Shown here: positions 8,985-20,876 of the stretch, piece after piece
How positions within the stretch are numbered: position 1 is the stretch's first letter
Layout of the letters: every line of letters begins with the position of its first letter
Assembly (NCBI GenBank): GCA_014874175.1
Contig: JACWAD010000048.1
Span: 61,222 to 125,221, forward strand
Origin: Thermoleophilia bacterium
GTDB lineage: Bacteria > Actinomycetota > Thermoleophilia > BMS3ABIN01
Reading direction: 5' to 3'
DNA: 64,000 bases
Position numbers and translations under genes: made by a program
Notes under the pieces: generated by a model
The model's input: the letters and a program-made list of their open reading frames with translations, nothing else
What the model was told of the DNA's origin: nothing
The model's database searches: none

Positions 8985-9325
8985 TCAGCAGCCGGGCTCG
9001 CCCGGATGGCCGCAGCAGGCCTGGCGCCTTCTGATCTTGATCCAGGTGTTGCGGCCGGCCAGCTTCAGTTTTTGTGCGAACGGGAGGTTCGAATTGCGCC
9101 AGTTTGCCCGGGCGGCGACGGGGCTGCCATGATGATGCCCATCGCTGCCACCGTGCGCGTGGCCATGACTATGGTCGTGCGGGTGGTTATGTTCCAATCC
9201 GGTTCACCGCGAATTCGTTGAATGACTGTTCGGGAGGAAAACGTCGTCTGCGCCAGGGAATAACCGGCCGTTTTCATCTCCCCGGTTATTTGTTCCACGC
9301 TGGCGTGATGTTTTAACATTTGCAC
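8985..9325 (-). CDS. Two overlapping small ORFs (86 aa and 70 aa, different frames), possibly one frameshifted gene; His-rich HNHPHDHSHGHAHGGSDGHHHG segment and C-terminal CCGHPGEPGC
   Basis: Frame A 9065-9325 MLKHHASVEQITGEMK...; frame B 8985-9197 (TTG) MEHNHPHDHSHGHAHGG...; no better gene on + strand. Confidence 0.25.
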
Positions 9326-9588
9326 GGATGTTCCTTATCGAAGGTCGTACCGGCACCAGGGTAAATTCAAGCCACCGGCTGGCCGCTCGCGGTTCATATG
9401 CCGGTGCGTGGCGCCGGCTAGGGGTCCTGGAGGCTGAAGCCGGGGGCGGCCGGGGGCTTCCCTATTTGCGGGCCGCCAGATTGTTCCGGCGAAAATTTTC
9501 GAAGCAGCGGCCAATCTTTTAAATCTTATATTATGTCCACCGGCGGCGACAGGCGTGAAGCTACCGTTCTCACACGGGGAAGGATGCG

Positions 9589-10209
9589 GTGACGAGCATG
9601 GATGTCCAGACACATCTCTTGAGACTTTTCCTGGCAGTCACTATTTTTATGACCGTCTCATTTATGCTGGTGGCGCTAAAGTATCAGACAGGAGTCTATT
9701 TCCGCCTGCCGGCTGCGGCAAGGACCGTGGCCTCGCTTCTGCACGCGCCGATCGTTTTTACCAACATATTCCTTTATGGTCTGTTGTGCGAATCCGATTA
9801 CCGCAGTGTTGACCTGCCGCTGGCGCTGCGGGTAGCGGGAGCGGTGCTGGCGCTTCCTGCCATCGGCCTCATTCTTTCCGGTGGGGCGGCCCTGAAAGCA
9901 AAGCTCTTCTTCCCTGCGGGGGGAGACCGGTTGGCGAGCGGCGGCCTCTACCAGCTGGTGAGGCACCCCATGTACCTGGGCGGGATCGTGGGGGCGCTGG
10001 GAATTGCGCTGGCGGCGTCATCGCAATTTGCGCTTTACTACACGGTTATCTTTGCCATTGTCCTTTATATTGTATCCCGGCTGGAGGAACGCGATCTTGT
10101 GACGCGGTTCGGTCCGGAGTTCGAAGATTGCCGCCGCAAAGTGCCAGCCCTGATCCCGACTCCGGCTTCGATATCCGTTTTCATCAGGGATTTTCGCGGC
10201 AAGGGATGA
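9589..10209 (+). CDS. Isoprenylcysteine carboxyl methyltransferase (ICMT)/phospholipid methyltransferase family membrane protein
   Basis: GGLYQLVRHPMYLGG and EERDLVTRFGPEFEDCRRKVP motifs; 5 predicted TM. Confidence 0.8.
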   Translation: MTSMDVQTHLLRLFLAVTIFMTVSFMLVALKYQTGVYFRLPAAARTVASLLHAPIVFTNIFLYGLLCESDYRSVDLPLALRVAGAVLALPAIGLILSGGAALKAKLFFPAGGDRLASGGLYQLVRHPMYLGGIVGALGIALAASSQFALYYTVIFAIVLYIVSRLEERDLVTRFGPEFEDCRRKVPALIPTPASISVFIRDFRGKG

Positions 10210-10216
10210 TGCGTTT

Positions 10217-10477
10217 CTAGCGACGACGCCTCGCCGGCCGGCCGGCGATGGCGTTGAGCACCAGCAGCAGCAGCACAGCTCCCACCGTCGCGGTGCCGAC
10301 CCAGCCCAGGAAGCTGACCGGCACGATGCCGATGAGCGATAGGAGGTAGCTGCCGATAACGGCGCCGATGATGCCAACAACAATGTCCATCAGGCAGCCG
10401 AGCCCGCCGGCGCGAGTGATAACCCCAGCCAGCCAGCCGGCGATCAGGCCGACGACTATAAACGCGAGCCAGCTCAT
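10217..10477 (-). CDS. GlsB/YeaQ/YmgE family stress-response membrane protein
   Basis: MSWLAFIVVGLIAGWLAG... 86 aa Gly-rich TM protein typical of transglycosylase-associated family. Confidence 0.85.
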   Translation of the reverse strand: MSWLAFIVVGLIAGWLAGVITRAGGLGCLMDIVVGIIGAVIGSYLLSLIGIVPVSFLGWVGTATVGAVLLLLVLNAIAGRPARRRR

Positions 10478-10532
10478 CTAGGGTTGTTTCGCCGGCCGCA
10501 GCCAGCTTCCTCCAGGCGCCGCCGGCATTTCT

Positions 10533-11420
10533 TTAGCGCACGATCTTGGAGATGTTCTGCTCCAGGATGTCCTCGGCCCCTTTGGCCTTCAGCCGGGGAA
10601 TTATGACATTGACAGAGCTCTTGTCAACAACGGTTGAGATTTCGAAGTAGTCGGAGTTGTACAGCGGCGCCACAGTGGGCCGCTTCATCGCCGGCAGCAC
10701 GCCAACGACGCCGTCAAGCTGGTCCTTGTGCACGTTCATCGAAAGCAGCACCCGGCCGCGGGCGTCGATTACGCCCAGCAGGAGGGTGCGGATTTCCTCT
10801 ATCGCCCTGCGCCGGTCCGGGTCTTCCCACGAAGCCTTGTTGGCGATCAGCCTGGTGGTCGATTCGAGGATCACGTCAATGACGCGCAGGCTGTTGCGCC
10901 TCAGCGTCGAGCCCGTCTCCGTCAGGTCGACGATGACGTCCATGATCTCCGGCACTTTGGCCTCGGTGGCGCCGTAGGAATAAAAGACATCAACGGGGAC
11001 GCCCAGATTCTCAAAATACTTCCTGGTGATGTTCGGAAACTCCGTCGTCACCCGACTGCCGGGCCTGATGTCGGCAGCCTGCCGGATGTCCGAGTCTTCC
11101 GGCACGGCGATCACCATCTTCATCACGCCGGCGCCGGTCTTGGCATATGGCATGTCGGCCACCTCGACAACATCGGCGCCGGCCTCGGTGATGCAGTCCA
11201 GCCCGGAGATGCCCAGGTCGAAATAACCCTCTTCGACGTATTTCGGTATCTCCTGCGGCCGCAGCATCTTCACGGCGCTGACGCGTGCGTCGTCGATGGA
11301 GACGCTATACTCGCGCGCGCTGCGGTTGACGGGCAGGTCGGCTTCGGCAAACAGCCTAAGCGTCTGCTCCTGCAGGCTGCCTTTAGGTAACGCGATTTTT
11401 AGCACGGACGCCCCGATCAA
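10533..11420 (-). CDS. hisG: ATP phosphoribosyltransferase, long form
   Basis: LKIALPKGSL ... DLTETGSTLRRN ... C-terminal regulatory domain; 295 aa. Confidence 0.9.
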   Translation of the reverse strand: MIGASVLKIALPKGSLQEQTLRLFAEADLPVNRSAREYSVSIDDARVSAVKMLRPQEIPKYVEEGYFDLGISGLDCITEAGADVVEVADMPYAKTGAGVMKMVIAVPEDSDIRQAADIRPGSRVTTEFPNITRKYFENLGVPVDVFYSYGATEAKVPEIMDVIVDLTETGSTLRRNSLRVIDVILESTTRLIANKASWEDPDRRRAIEEIRTLLLGVIDARGRVLLSMNVHKDQLDGVVGVLPAMKRPTVAPLYNSDYFEISTVVDKSSVNVIIPRLKAKGAEDILEQNISKIVR

Positions 11421-11535
11421 TCAATGCCCGGAATATAGCGGGCTTAATGGGAGATTTCACTTTACAAGTCAAAAGTTTATGGTATAACAGTTGCTATTAT
11501 ACACATCCGAGCAGTTCTTTAGAAAGGTCAAAGAT

Positions 11536-12682
<1,147 letters not shown>

Positions 12683-12750
12683 TGGAATTCCTGGTCGCAA
12701 TGATTATGTTACAGCAATGTGAAAAAGACAAACGCCCCGCCCGGCGAGCT

Positions 12751-14445
12751 TCAGGATGAGAACTTTACCCGGCAGTAATTGTCGTACGTGGAAAGGTCGT
12801 ATACCCTGTCGCCGGCATCCGAAAACTTAAGCACAGCCTTCGGGATCGTGCCGCCATGCATAACAAGGTAGCGGAAACCGTCCGCGCAAAGGCTGTCGTA
12901 GTTCCCGGCGCGGTACTCTGCGAAAGTGGCGGCGTCTTTTTTAACAACGCTTAGCGGACGGCGGGATATATATCCCCCATACACGGGGCGGTCATATGTC
13001 ATTTGCTGATAAAGCATCATCAACCAGAGGGGCCTTTGGCCGCCTTCGTACGTGTCGTCAAACACGGCCCCCTTGCCGGGGATGGCCTTCAAGGCAAGAG
13101 CGTAGGCTGAAGTTCGCGGTTTAGTGGTTTGGAATTGCTGGGCCGGCAGGTATTCCAGGAAGATCAACAAAGCCAGGCATCCCAGGGCCGCCGCAGCCAG
13201 GCGCCTGTTTTTCACGCCCGCCAATATTCTGGCCAGCGCCAAGGCCGAGATAACCGCGGCCGCCAGCACCACGATGACAAACATCCTGTTCGGCATTGCG
13301 GCGACGGAGAGCAGGGGGACAAGTTTTTGCAGCAGCAGGTAAGGCATGGCTACGTGCAGGTTTTTGTTGCCGACATGCAGCCAGGGTCCGAGGCTAAGCA
13401 GCCAGAAGACGACAAATACAAGCAGCCATCCATCCAGGAAGCGATTCCTGAGGCTCTTCCACCAGGATATCGCAAACGCTATCAGCGCCAGCACCGTGAG
13501 ACCGAGAAAGCTTTCGCCCACTCCTTCTCCGATCGCAAGCCCCTGGCCATGCCAGTCCTTGAGAAAGCCCGGCATCAGCGGCCCCAGCAGCTCTGTTGAG
13601 AACTTGACCGGATCGTGATTATCCTGGAAGGGATCGGCCTGGTTTGTTTTTATGAATGCAATTACAAATGGGCCAGTTGTCAAAATCATGATCAGAAAGA
13701 AAACGGCCAGCGACCGCAAGCTGGCGCCGCCGGCAAAGCGGCGCAGGCCGGCTTTTGCCGCCAGCACGATCAGGAAGAGGAGGCCGGCAACAGCAGCGTA
13801 GAGGAAGTAATAAAGCTCGGTGTAGAAGGTTAGCGTCAGGAAAACGGCGGCGGCGGCGCCAAGGCGGATGCTGGGCCGCGTCAACAATTTGTGCCAGAAA
13901 AGCAGAAACAGGGGCAGCCACTCCAGGGAATTAAGGTTGATATGGCTGCCAATATGAAGCATCTGGTAGCCGGAAAAGGCGTAAATAAAACCGGCGATGA
14001 TGCTGGGCCAGTATGAGCTGCAGAAATAGAAGGCGAGCAGGAAAGCACTGAGGCCGGAGGCGACAAAGGCAAAGATCACCAGGGCGTCGTAGGACTGGAA
14101 AGGCGAGAAGAAACTTTCCAGCGCCGCGCCGGCAATGGCGTTGGTGGGGCTAAGAGTATGGCCCAGGAGGGTCGTGCCTTCCGGAAAATGGATCTCCGGG
14201 GCGAAATAGGGCCAGCGCAAATGTTCGATTGACTGGCGCATGTGCCAGATATTCCACAGGTTCTGGACGCCGTCGCCTTCATCGCCGTAAAAATGGCTGC
14301 CAAACTGCGTGATCGCGGGGAAAGTGAGCAGGCAAAAGCAGACAAAGTAGATCAGCAGAGGAATAATGCCGAACCTGACCAGCCGCGGGCCGGAGGTGGA
14401 ATTCACGCCCCGCAGCACTTTTTGAATTTCCTGCCGGAGCCGCAC
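12751..14445 (-). CDS. Large polytopic membrane protein, GT-C superfamily glycosyltransferase-like (PMT/ArnT/YfhO-like)
   Basis: 564 aa, >10 [20 protein letters not shown] acidic loop motif near N-terminus, soluble C-terminal domain; annotated start overlaps secA stop by 43 nt so start uncertain. Confidence 0.5.
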   Translation of the reverse strand: MRLRQEIQKVLRGVNSTSGPRLVRFGIIPLLIYFVCFCLLTFPAITQFGSHFYGDEGDGVQNLWNIWHMRQSIEHLRWPYFAPEIHFPEGTTLLGHTLSPTNAIAGAALESFFSPFQSYDALVIFAFVASGLSAFLLAFYFCSSYWPSIIAGFIYAFSGYQMLHIGSHINLNSLEWLPLFLLFWHKLLTRPSIRLGAAAAVFLTLTFYTELYYFLYAAVAGLLFLIVLAAKAGLRRFAGGASLRSLAVFFLIMILTTGPFVIAFIKTNQADPFQDNHDPVKFSTELLGPLMPGFLKDWHGQGLAIGEGVGESFLGLTVLALIAFAISWWKSLRNRFLDGWLLVFVVFWLLSLGPWLHVGNKNLHVAMPYLLLQKLVPLLSVAAMPNRMFVIVVLAAAVISALALARILAGVKNRRLAAAALGCLALLIFLEYLPAQQFQTTKPRTSAYALALKAIPGKGAVFDDTYEGGQRPLWLMMLYQQMTYDRPVYGGYISRRPLSVVKKDAATFAEYRAGNYDSLCADGFRYLVMHGGTIPKAVLKFSDAGDRVYDLSTYDNYCRVKFSS

Positions 14446-16985
14446 GGGCAGGGCTCGTTGCGCCCTACTTTTTGCGACTTCAGCTGGGAAATTGCCGTGG
14501 CAGCGGACGCCCCGGCGGCCCCTGCCGACGCTGCCGCAGGCGCGGCCCCGGCGGCCATCGGCGCCGGCGTATAGCCGTCGTTATAGGTGTAACTGAGATC
14601 TTCCTGGCGCCGCTCCGGCATCTGCTCGGCGGGAATACGCCTCATATGGAAGATCGTTCTTGTGAAATCCTCCTTGATCGACGCCAGCAGTTCCTGGAAC
14701 ATGTTGAAGCCTTCGGTCTTGTACTCGGCCAGGGGATCCCGTTGCGACAGGCCCCGCCAGTGGATTCCCTCCCTGAGATAATCCATGTCGTACAGGTGTT
14801 CCCGCCAGCGGTTGTCAATCACGCCCAGCAGCACGAGCCGCTCCAGCTGGCGCATATGCTCGGAGCTGAACTCCTCCTCCTTGGCGGCGTACTGGGAGCG
14901 GGCGTCTTCGACGGCGCGCTCGACCATCTCTTCGGGCGTGGCGTTTTCGATATCGACGTCATCCTTGCCGAAGGAGATGTCGTAAAACCCGCCAAGGGCG
15001 GCAAACAAGGCCTCCCAGTCCCAGTCCTCCGGATAGGAATCCTTATCGGCATATTCCAGCACCGTTGTGCCCAGGACGTCCTCGATGATGTCATGAGCGT
15101 CCGCGCTGATGTCGCCCCCCTCAAGGATTTTAGTACGCTGCTCGTAAATGACCTCGCGCTGCTTGTTCATTACGTCGTCGTATTCCAGCACATGTTTGCG
15201 CGTCTCGAAGTTTTGCTGCTCAACCTTTCTTTGCGCGTTCTCCACGGTCTTGCTAAGCATCTTGTGCTCGATGGGCGTGTCCTCGTCCGGCCCCAGACGG
15301 TCCAGGATGTTGTAGATGCGGTCGCCGGCAAACAGGCGGATGAGATCGTCCTCGGCGGAGAGGTAGAAGCGCGAGGCGCCGGGATCCCCCTGGCGGCCGC
15401 AGCGGCCGCGCAGCTGATTGTCGATACGGCGGCTCTCGTGGCGCTCGGTGCCCAGCACGTAAAGGCCGCCCCGCTCCTTTACTCCCTCACCCAGCTTGAT
15501 ATCAACGCCGCGCCCTGCCATGTTCGTGGCTATGGTCACGGCTCCCCGCTGGCCGGCGTCCTTGATTATCTCCGCTTCCTTTTCGTGGTGCTTTGCATTG
15601 AGGACGTTGTGCTTGATGCCCTTGCGGGTCAGCTTGCCGCTCAGCTCCTCGCTGGTCTCAATGGAAATCGTGCCCACCAGCACCGGCTGGCCCCGCTTGT
15701 TGCAGCCGGCGATGTCATCGACGACGGCGTCGAACTTCCCCTTTGTTGTCTTGTATATAAAGTCATTGCGGTCGTCCCGGATCATCGGCATGTTAGTGGG
15801 GATCGTGACGACCTCGAGTTTGTAAATGTGCATGAACTCGTCCGCTTCCGTCGCGGCCGTGCCGGTCATGCCAGCCAGTTTCTCGTACATGCGGAAGTAA
15901 TTCTGCAGCGTGATGGTGGCCAGTGTCTGGTTCTCTTCCCGGATAGGCACTTTTTCCTTGGCCTCGATTGCCTGGTGCAGGCCTTCCGAATAGCGGCGGC
16001 CCTCCATGATGCGGCCGGTGAACTCGTCAACGATCAGGACCTCGCCATCCTTGACAACGTAATCAACATCTTTCTGGAAAAGGGCGTGGGCGCGGAGAGC
16101 CTGCATCAGGTGGTTTACGAGTAGACCGTTTTTTGATTCGTAAAGGTTCTCAATGCCCAGTTGTTTCTCCACCTTTGCCACGCCGGACTCCGTCACCGAG
16201 ACCGTGCGGTGTTTCTCGTCAACCTCGTAATCGTCTTCATCGCGCAGCAGGGGCACGATGGCCGCGAACTTGTAGTAAGTGGCGGCCGCCTGCTCCGGAG
16301 CTCCGGAGATGATGAGCGGGGTGCGCGCCTCGTCAATAAGGATGCTGTCCACCTCGTCGACAATGGCGAAGGCATGACCGCGCTGGACCCGGTCATCAAT
16401 GTGAAGCGCCATATTGTCGCGCAGGTAGTCAAAACCAAATTCGGAATTGGTTCCGTAGATGATGTCGCTGCCGTAAGCGGCCAAGCGCTCATCCGGAGGC
16501 ATCATGTTTCTGAGGGTGCCCGCTCTCAGCCCGAGAAAATTGTAAATGGGACTCATCCATTCGGCGTCGCGCCTGGCCAGGTAATCGTTGACAGTGACCA
16601 CATGAACCTGGTTGCCGCCGAGGGCATTCAGGTAGACGGGCAGCGTCGCTACCAGCGTTTTTCCCTCGCCGGTTTTCATCTCGGCGATCTTGCCTTCGTG
16701 AAGAACGATGCCTCCCATTAACTGGACATCGAAATGGCGCATGTCAAGGGTGCGGCCGGCCACCTCGCGCACTACCGCGAACGCCTCCGGCATGATGTCG
16801 TCGAGCGGGGCGCCATTTTCCAGGCGCTCTTTAAGCTCCGGCGTCTTGGCCTTAAGGTCCTCATCGCTCAAGGAACGAATCTCATCCCCAAAGGCGTTTA
16901 CGGACTCGACCTGCTGGGAGAGTTTTTTTAGCTTCTTTCCTTCACCGGCGCGAAGGACTTTGTCGATGAATTTAGGCATGGCCAA
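14403..16985 (-). CDS. secA: Preprotein translocase ATPase SecA
   Basis: 860 aa; DEAD-like motor, [11 protein letters not shown]... N-terminus, C-terminal zinc-binding [14 protein letters not shown]. Confidence 0.97.
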   Translation of the reverse strand: MAMPKFIDKVLRAGEGKKLKKLSQQVESVNAFGDEIRSLSDEDLKAKTPELKERLENGAPLDDIMPEAFAVVREVAGRTLDMRHFDVQLMGGIVLHEGKIAEMKTGEGKTLVATLPVYLNALGGNQVHVVTVNDYLARRDAEWMSPIYNFLGLRAGTLRNMMPPDERLAAYGSDIIYGTNSEFGFDYLRDNMALHIDDRVQRGHAFAIVDEVDSILIDEARTPLIISGAPEQAAATYYKFAAIVPLLRDEDDYEVDEKHRTVSVTESGVAKVEKQLGIENLYESKNGLLVNHLMQALRAHALFQKDVDYVVKDGEVLIVDEFTGRIMEGRRYSEGLHQAIEAKEKVPIREENQTLATITLQNYFRMYEKLAGMTGTAATEADEFMHIYKLEVVTIPTNMPMIRDDRNDFIYKTTKGKFDAVVDDIAGCNKRGQPVLVGTISIETSEELSGKLTRKGIKHNVLNAKHHEKEAEIIKDAGQRGAVTIATNMAGRGVDIKLGEGVKERGGLYVLGTERHESRRIDNQLRGRCGRQGDPGASRFYLSAEDDLIRLFAGDRIYNILDRLGPDEDTPIEHKMLSKTVENAQRKVEQQNFETRKHVLEYDDVMNKQREVIYEQRTKILEGGDISADAHDIIEDVLGTTVLEYADKDSYPEDWDWEALFAALGGFYDISFGKDDVDIENATPEEMVERAVEDARSQYAAKEEEFSSEHMRQLERLVLLGVIDNRWREHLYDMDYLREGIHWRGLSQRDPLAEYKTEGFNMFQELLASIKEDFTRTIFHMRRIPAEQMPERRQEDLSYTYNDGYTPAPMAAGAAPAAASAGAAGASAATAISQLKSQKVGRNEPCPCGSGRKFKKCCGA

Positions 16986-17064
16986 TGATTATTTTAACAA
17001 AAGGGAACGCGCCGGGAGCGCCGGCGCCGGCCACAAGCGGTGGCCCGTGTGCGTAAAGAATTAA

Positions 17065-17132
17065 GGACCTATCCCGGTAGGCACATTCTGCTGCAGCCGG
17101 CCTCGCTACGAATAACCTACCGGGACAGGTCC
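17065..17132 (-). terminator. Long hairpin (17-bp arms GGACCTATCCCGGTAGG / CCTACCGGGACAGGTCC, 34-nt loop) followed by U-rich tract downstream of hpf
   Basis: Inverted repeat read from sequence; sits between hpf stop and secA start. Confidence 0.45.
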
Positions 17133-17149
17133 CAAGAGATAATCGGGGC

Positions 17150-17704
17150 TTATTTTGGCTCGATCAGGCCGTAATTGCCGTCCCGGCGGCGGTAGATGAC
17201 GTTTGTGTCATTGGATTCCGAATTGCGGAAGACGAAGAAATCATGGCCGATCATCTCGAGTTGCAGCGCCGCCTCTTCGGCAGACATTGGCTTAACCGTA
17301 AAGGATTTGGTTTTGACGATCGTGGGGCCCTGCGTTTCCTCGGGCTCGTTTTCCAGCCCGGTTGCCGCCGGCTCCGGCGGCAGGGAGCCGCGCACGTGCG
17401 TATTATGGCTGATCAGCTTGCTACGGTATTTCTTCACCTGCCTGCTGAGTTTGTCGGCGACAAGGTCAATGGAGGCGTACATATCCGTGGAAGCACCTTT
17501 GGCGCGGATCACCGGCCCCTTGGTGAAGATGGTCGCTTCTGCGACCTGGTTATCGGCAATGCTCGGGTTTTTCTCACAGAAAAGCTCGACTTCCATCGTG
17601 CTGGCGCTGTTTAAATGCTTTCCCAGCCTGGCCAGCTTGTCGCTGGCATACGCGCGCAGAGCTTCGGTAACTGTGATGTTCCTGCCTTTGACCTGAAAGT
17701 TCAT
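17150..17704 (-). CDS. hpf: Ribosome hibernation-promoting factor, long form (HPF/YvyD)
   Basis: MNFQVKGRNITVTEALRAYASDKLARL...; GGAGG RBS 5 nt upstream of ATG at 17704; supplied ORF over-extended. Confidence 0.9.
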   Translation of the reverse strand: MNFQVKGRNITVTEALRAYASDKLARLGKHLNSASTMEVELFCEKNPSIADNQVAEATIFTKGPVIRAKGASTDMYASIDLVADKLSRQVKKYRSKLISHNTHVRGSLPPEPAATGLENEPEETQGPTIVKTKSFTVKPMSAEEAALQLEMIGHDFFVFRNSESNDTNVIYRRRDGNYGLIEPK

Positions 17705-17762
17705 TTGTTCCTCCACTGCCTGTTTGAAAAATCCTAAAGCACCCGCGCCGGCGTCCCTTAAA

Positions 17763-18551
17763 CTACTCCTTAACCGTCCTGGCAAAGGTCCAGACGTCGA
17801 CCCCTGCGCCCATACCCTCCTTCAGGACCCGGGCGCACTCGGCTGCAGTTGATCCAGTGGTATAAACGTCATCTATAAGAAGGATTCTGCCGCGGGCTGC
17901 CCTGGCCCGTTTGCGAAGGACAAAACTGCCCGCCAGATTTTTTCGGCGCTGCTTGGAGTTGAGCCGGTTTTGAGGCGGGGTTGGAGTTTGTTTCTCAAGG
18001 AGACCCATAAAAGGCAGGCCCAGAAGCCGGGAAAGAGCCCTGGCGTAAAGCTCTGCCTGGTTGTAGCCGCGGGTGGCCAGCTTTGATCTGTGCAGAGGCA
18101 CATATGTTAGAGTAGCTTCTTTCTCCGGCACAGTCAAACGGGCGGCGTCACAGGAAATCGCGGCCATCAGAGCGGCCAGGCGCTTCTGGCCGCCAAACTT
18201 TAGGGCGTGGACAAGACTGCGCGCCGGCCCTTCGAAATGGAAGGCGGCGCGGGCAAAACCAAAGGGAAGGCTGCGTCCCTTGCATTCCGGGCAGCCCGGC
18301 ACCCGGTGTAGGCCGGGCCTGCCGCAGCGGCTGCAATTTGCTGGCCCGACCGGAGTCAGAGCCGCGGCGCAGTCCCGGCAAAGCCAGTTTCCCGAAGCGC
18401 CGCAATGCACGCATTTTAGCGGGAAAAAAAGCGAAAACAGATTGTCGAAAATCCCCGGTTCGGGTAGTTGAAATGTTAACTTGCCATCGTCCACGGCAAC
18501 CGCGGCCACTTCCACCCGGATTGGCGGCGAGAGGGAACCAGATTTTTTCAA
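17763..18551 (-). CDS. comFC: ComF family protein (ComFC-like phosphoribosyltransferase with N-terminal zinc-finger)
   Basis: CVHCGASGNWLCRDCAAAL ... CSRCGRP zinc ribbon; PRTase motif LLIDDVYTTGSTAAECARVL; start uncertain. Confidence 0.75.
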   Translation of the reverse strand: MKKSGSLSPPIRVEVAAVAVDDGKLTFQLPEPGIFDNLFSLFFPLKCVHCGASGNWLCRDCAAALTPVGPANCSRCGRPGLHRVPGCPECKGRSLPFGFARAAFHFEGPARSLVHALKFGGQKRLAALMAAISCDAARLTVPEKEATLTYVPLHRSKLATRGYNQAELYARALSRLLGLPFMGLLEKQTPTPPQNRLNSKQRRKNLAGSFVLRKRARAARGRILLIDDVYTTGSTAAECARVLKEGMGAGVDVWTFARTVKE

Positions 18552-18628
18552 ACGGGCCGCTCAAATGCAAGAGGAGCACCGTTTTATATCGTTATACTTT
18601 TAACCAGCAGACAGAATCCAGGATCCGT

Positions 18629-19744
18629 TTACTTCATATGGCTTTCTGCCTCAACTACTGTAAACGGCTCCAGCTTGACTTTGGCGTCGATGACGCTGCC
18701 GGCGCCGATGACGCAACGGTCGCCAACCACGGCGCCCAGGCCAATGCGGACATCGTCTCTGATGTAGGCTCCCTTGCCAATGATGCCGCCCATCACTTTG
18801 GCGCCGGCGCCGGTTTGGGCCGCTCCCCATTTTATGACGCCTTCCAGCGAGGCCCCCGCCTCGATAACGCTGTGGTCGCCGATTATCAGGGGACCTGTGA
18901 GGCTCACATTTTCACCGACGCGGCAGTAGTCACCCAGAAGCACCGGCGGCTTTATCTTGGCCGATCCTGAAATGCGGGTGGCTTTGCCAACGTAAACTCC
19001 CGGCCACCGCTCTTTTCCCGGTATCTTCACCTTCACCTTCCCTGTGAGCGAATCGAAATTACCAATGCGGTACTGCTCCAGGCTGCCCACGTCATTCCAG
19101 TAGCCTTCAGACTCAAAGCCAAAAAAGGGAATGCCTTTGGCGGCCAGATCTGGAAAAACCTGTTTGCCAAAGTCATAAAATGTGCCACTGGGAATGTAAT
19201 CAAATATTGCGGACTCGAACAGGTAGATGCCGCAGTTGCAAAGCCTGCTCAGCTCTTCTCCCGGTTTTGGTTTTTCCTGGAAGCCTAAAATTCGCCTCTC
19301 TTTATCATGAATAACAACCCCGAAATGGCTGGGATCATCCACCTGCTTTAAAGCCAGGGAGGCAATCCCGCCAGCTTTCTTGTGCTGATGAAGAAATTTG
19401 GTCAAATCCATATCAGTGAGGGCGTCGCCGCTGATGACAAGAAAAGTCCCCTTGCCAAAAAATTTTTGCACATTCTTGACACCCCCGGCAGTGCCTAGCA
19501 GTTCCGGCTCCAGCGAGTAGCGAAGCTCGACGCCAATCTTCTGCCCGCGGCCAAAATAGTTGGTGATGGCGTGGGGATGATAGTGGAGGTTGGCGACAGC
19601 TTCTTCAAACCCGTGTTTTTTGATCAAACGGAGAATATGATACATCACCGGCCGGTTGACAATGGGGGCCATCGGCTTGGAAATGGAGCCGGTAAGCGGC
19701 CTTAAGCGGGTGCCCAGGCCCGCAGCCAGTACCATTGCTTTCAA
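18629..19744 (-). CDS. Sugar-phosphate nucleotidyltransferase (mannose-1-P guanylyl/glucose-1-P thymidylyl-transferase-like) with C-terminal left-handed beta-helix
   Basis: MKAMVLAAGLGTRLRPLT (G-x-G-T-R) signature; hexapeptide repeats in C-terminus. Confidence 0.8.
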   Translation of the reverse strand: MKAMVLAAGLGTRLRPLTGSISKPMAPIVNRPVMYHILRLIKKHGFEEAVANLHYHPHAITNYFGRGQKIGVELRYSLEPELLGTAGGVKNVQKFFGKGTFLVISGDALTDMDLTKFLHQHKKAGGIASLALKQVDDPSHFGVVIHDKERRILGFQEKPKPGEELSRLCNCGIYLFESAIFDYIPSGTFYDFGKQVFPDLAAKGIPFFGFESEGYWNDVGSLEQYRIGNFDSLTGKVKVKIPGKERWPGVYVGKATRISGSAKIKPPVLLGDYCRVGENVSLTGPLIIGDHSVIEAGASLEGVIKWGAAQTGAGAKVMGGIIGKGAYIRDDVRIGLGAVVGDRCVIGAGSVIDAKVKLEPFTVVEAESHMK

Positions 19745-20797
19745 TTAACTTCCTTTCTTGGCGGCCGCAAGGGTTTCAGCGAAGGGCTCCCGGTGCACTC
19801 CGGCTTCCGTAATGATGGCGGTCACGTTTTCGTGAGGCGTAACATCAAAGGCAGGGTTGCAGACAGGCGTCCCCGGCGCCGCGCACTCGCAATCACGAAA
19901 GCGTGTAACCTCGGCCGGCTCCCGCTCTTCAATGGGGATGTGGCTTCCATCAGGAAGGCTCAGGTCCACAGTCGAAGTAGGAGCGGCCACATAGAACGGG
20001 ACGCCATGCGCTTTTGCCAGGACGGAAACGGTATAAGTGCCGATCTTGTTTGCCACGTCGCCGTTGGCGGCGATGCGGTCCGAACCGACCACGACTGCGT
20101 TGATCTCCCCCTTTTTAAAGAAATATCCGGACATATTGTCGGTGATCAGGCAATAAGGAATGCCTTCCTGCTCAAGCTCCCAGGCTGTCAGGCGGGCTCC
20201 CTGCAAGAAGGGCCGCGTCTCGTCGACGTATACCTTGATGTTCCTGTCACGTTTAAATACCGAGCGGATGACGCCAAGAGCGGTGCCATAGCCTCCCGTG
20301 GCCAGCGCGCCGGCGTTGCAGTGCGTGAGGATGCGTGCGCCATCCGGAAACAGGGGGGCGCCGTGCTCACCGATGGCCACGCACATGGAGATGTCTTCCT
20401 CCAGAATCTCCTGCGAGCGCTGCCTGAGCAGGCGGCGGATCCGGGCCGGTTCGGCTTCTTTTTCATAGATCCGGGCCTGCTGCTGAAGCGCCCAGCCAAG
20501 ATTATAGGCGGTAGGCCTGGTTTCAAACAGGCCTTTTGCGGCCAAATCAAGGTCTTTCTTCAGGCCGGCGTAGGTTTCCGCAGGCGATTGCTGCGCCGCC
20601 AGGGCCATGCCCATGGCTGCCGCCACTCCGATGGCGGGGGCGCCGCGGATAACCATCGTTTTGATTGAACTTGCCACCTCCTGCCAGGTTTGATGGCGAA
20701 TGTACTTTTCCTTGAGTGGCAGCAGCCGCTGGTCGATCATAACGACCTCGTCTCCCTGCCACTCGATTGTTTTGATATTGTAACCTGTTTTTGCCAT
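19745..20797 (-). CDS. mtnA: eIF-2B alpha/beta/delta-family isomerase: S-methyl-5-thioribose-1-phosphate isomerase (MtnA) or ribose-1,5-bisphosphate isomerase
   Basis: 350 aa, IRGAPAIGVAAAMG ... GSDRIAANGDVANKIGTY motifs of e2b2/MtnA family. Confidence 0.8.
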   Translation of the reverse strand: MAKTGYNIKTIEWQGDEVVMIDQRLLPLKEKYIRHQTWQEVASSIKTMVIRGAPAIGVAAAMGMALAAQQSPAETYAGLKKDLDLAAKGLFETRPTAYNLGWALQQQARIYEKEAEPARIRRLLRQRSQEILEEDISMCVAIGEHGAPLFPDGARILTHCNAGALATGGYGTALGVIRSVFKRDRNIKVYVDETRPFLQGARLTAWELEQEGIPYCLITDNMSGYFFKKGEINAVVVGSDRIAANGDVANKIGTYTVSVLAKAHGVPFYVAAPTSTVDLSLPDGSHIPIEEREPAEVTRFRDCECAAPGTPVCNPAFDVTPHENVTAIITEAGVHREPFAETLAAAKKGS

Positions 20798-20798
20798 A

Positions 20799-20835
20799 TC
20801 AGTTCCAGGTTCAAAGTTTTAAGTTCCAAGCTGCG
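20799..20835. repeat. Copy of intergenic repeat family AAGTTCCARGTTCAAAGTT (direct repeats AGTTCCA x2) immediately upstream of mtnA
   Basis: 15-mer AGTTCCAGGTTCAAA identical to 57996-58010; see findings. Confidence 0.5.
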
Positions 20836-20876
20836 GGAGCTTTTCACTCCAAACCCGGTGTTGGTTTTGGGTTAAT

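Noticed and set aside
9075-9105. tRNA-like T-arm motif GGAGGTTCGAATTGCGCC
   Set aside because: No complementary 3' T-stem (CCTCC), no acceptor or D-arm pairing, so it is not a tRNA. I found no tRNA or rRNA signatures elsewhere in the window.
14472-16124. 550-aa plus-strand ORF antisense to secA. Similar long antisense ORFs lie at 1628-2443, 5155-5901, 6957-7814, 10728-11390, 36866-37597, 60253-61017 and 61458-62042.
   Set aside because: These are high-GC antisense open frames with Arg/Ala/Gly-rich, low-complexity translations. Each fully overlaps a well-supported gene on the other strand.
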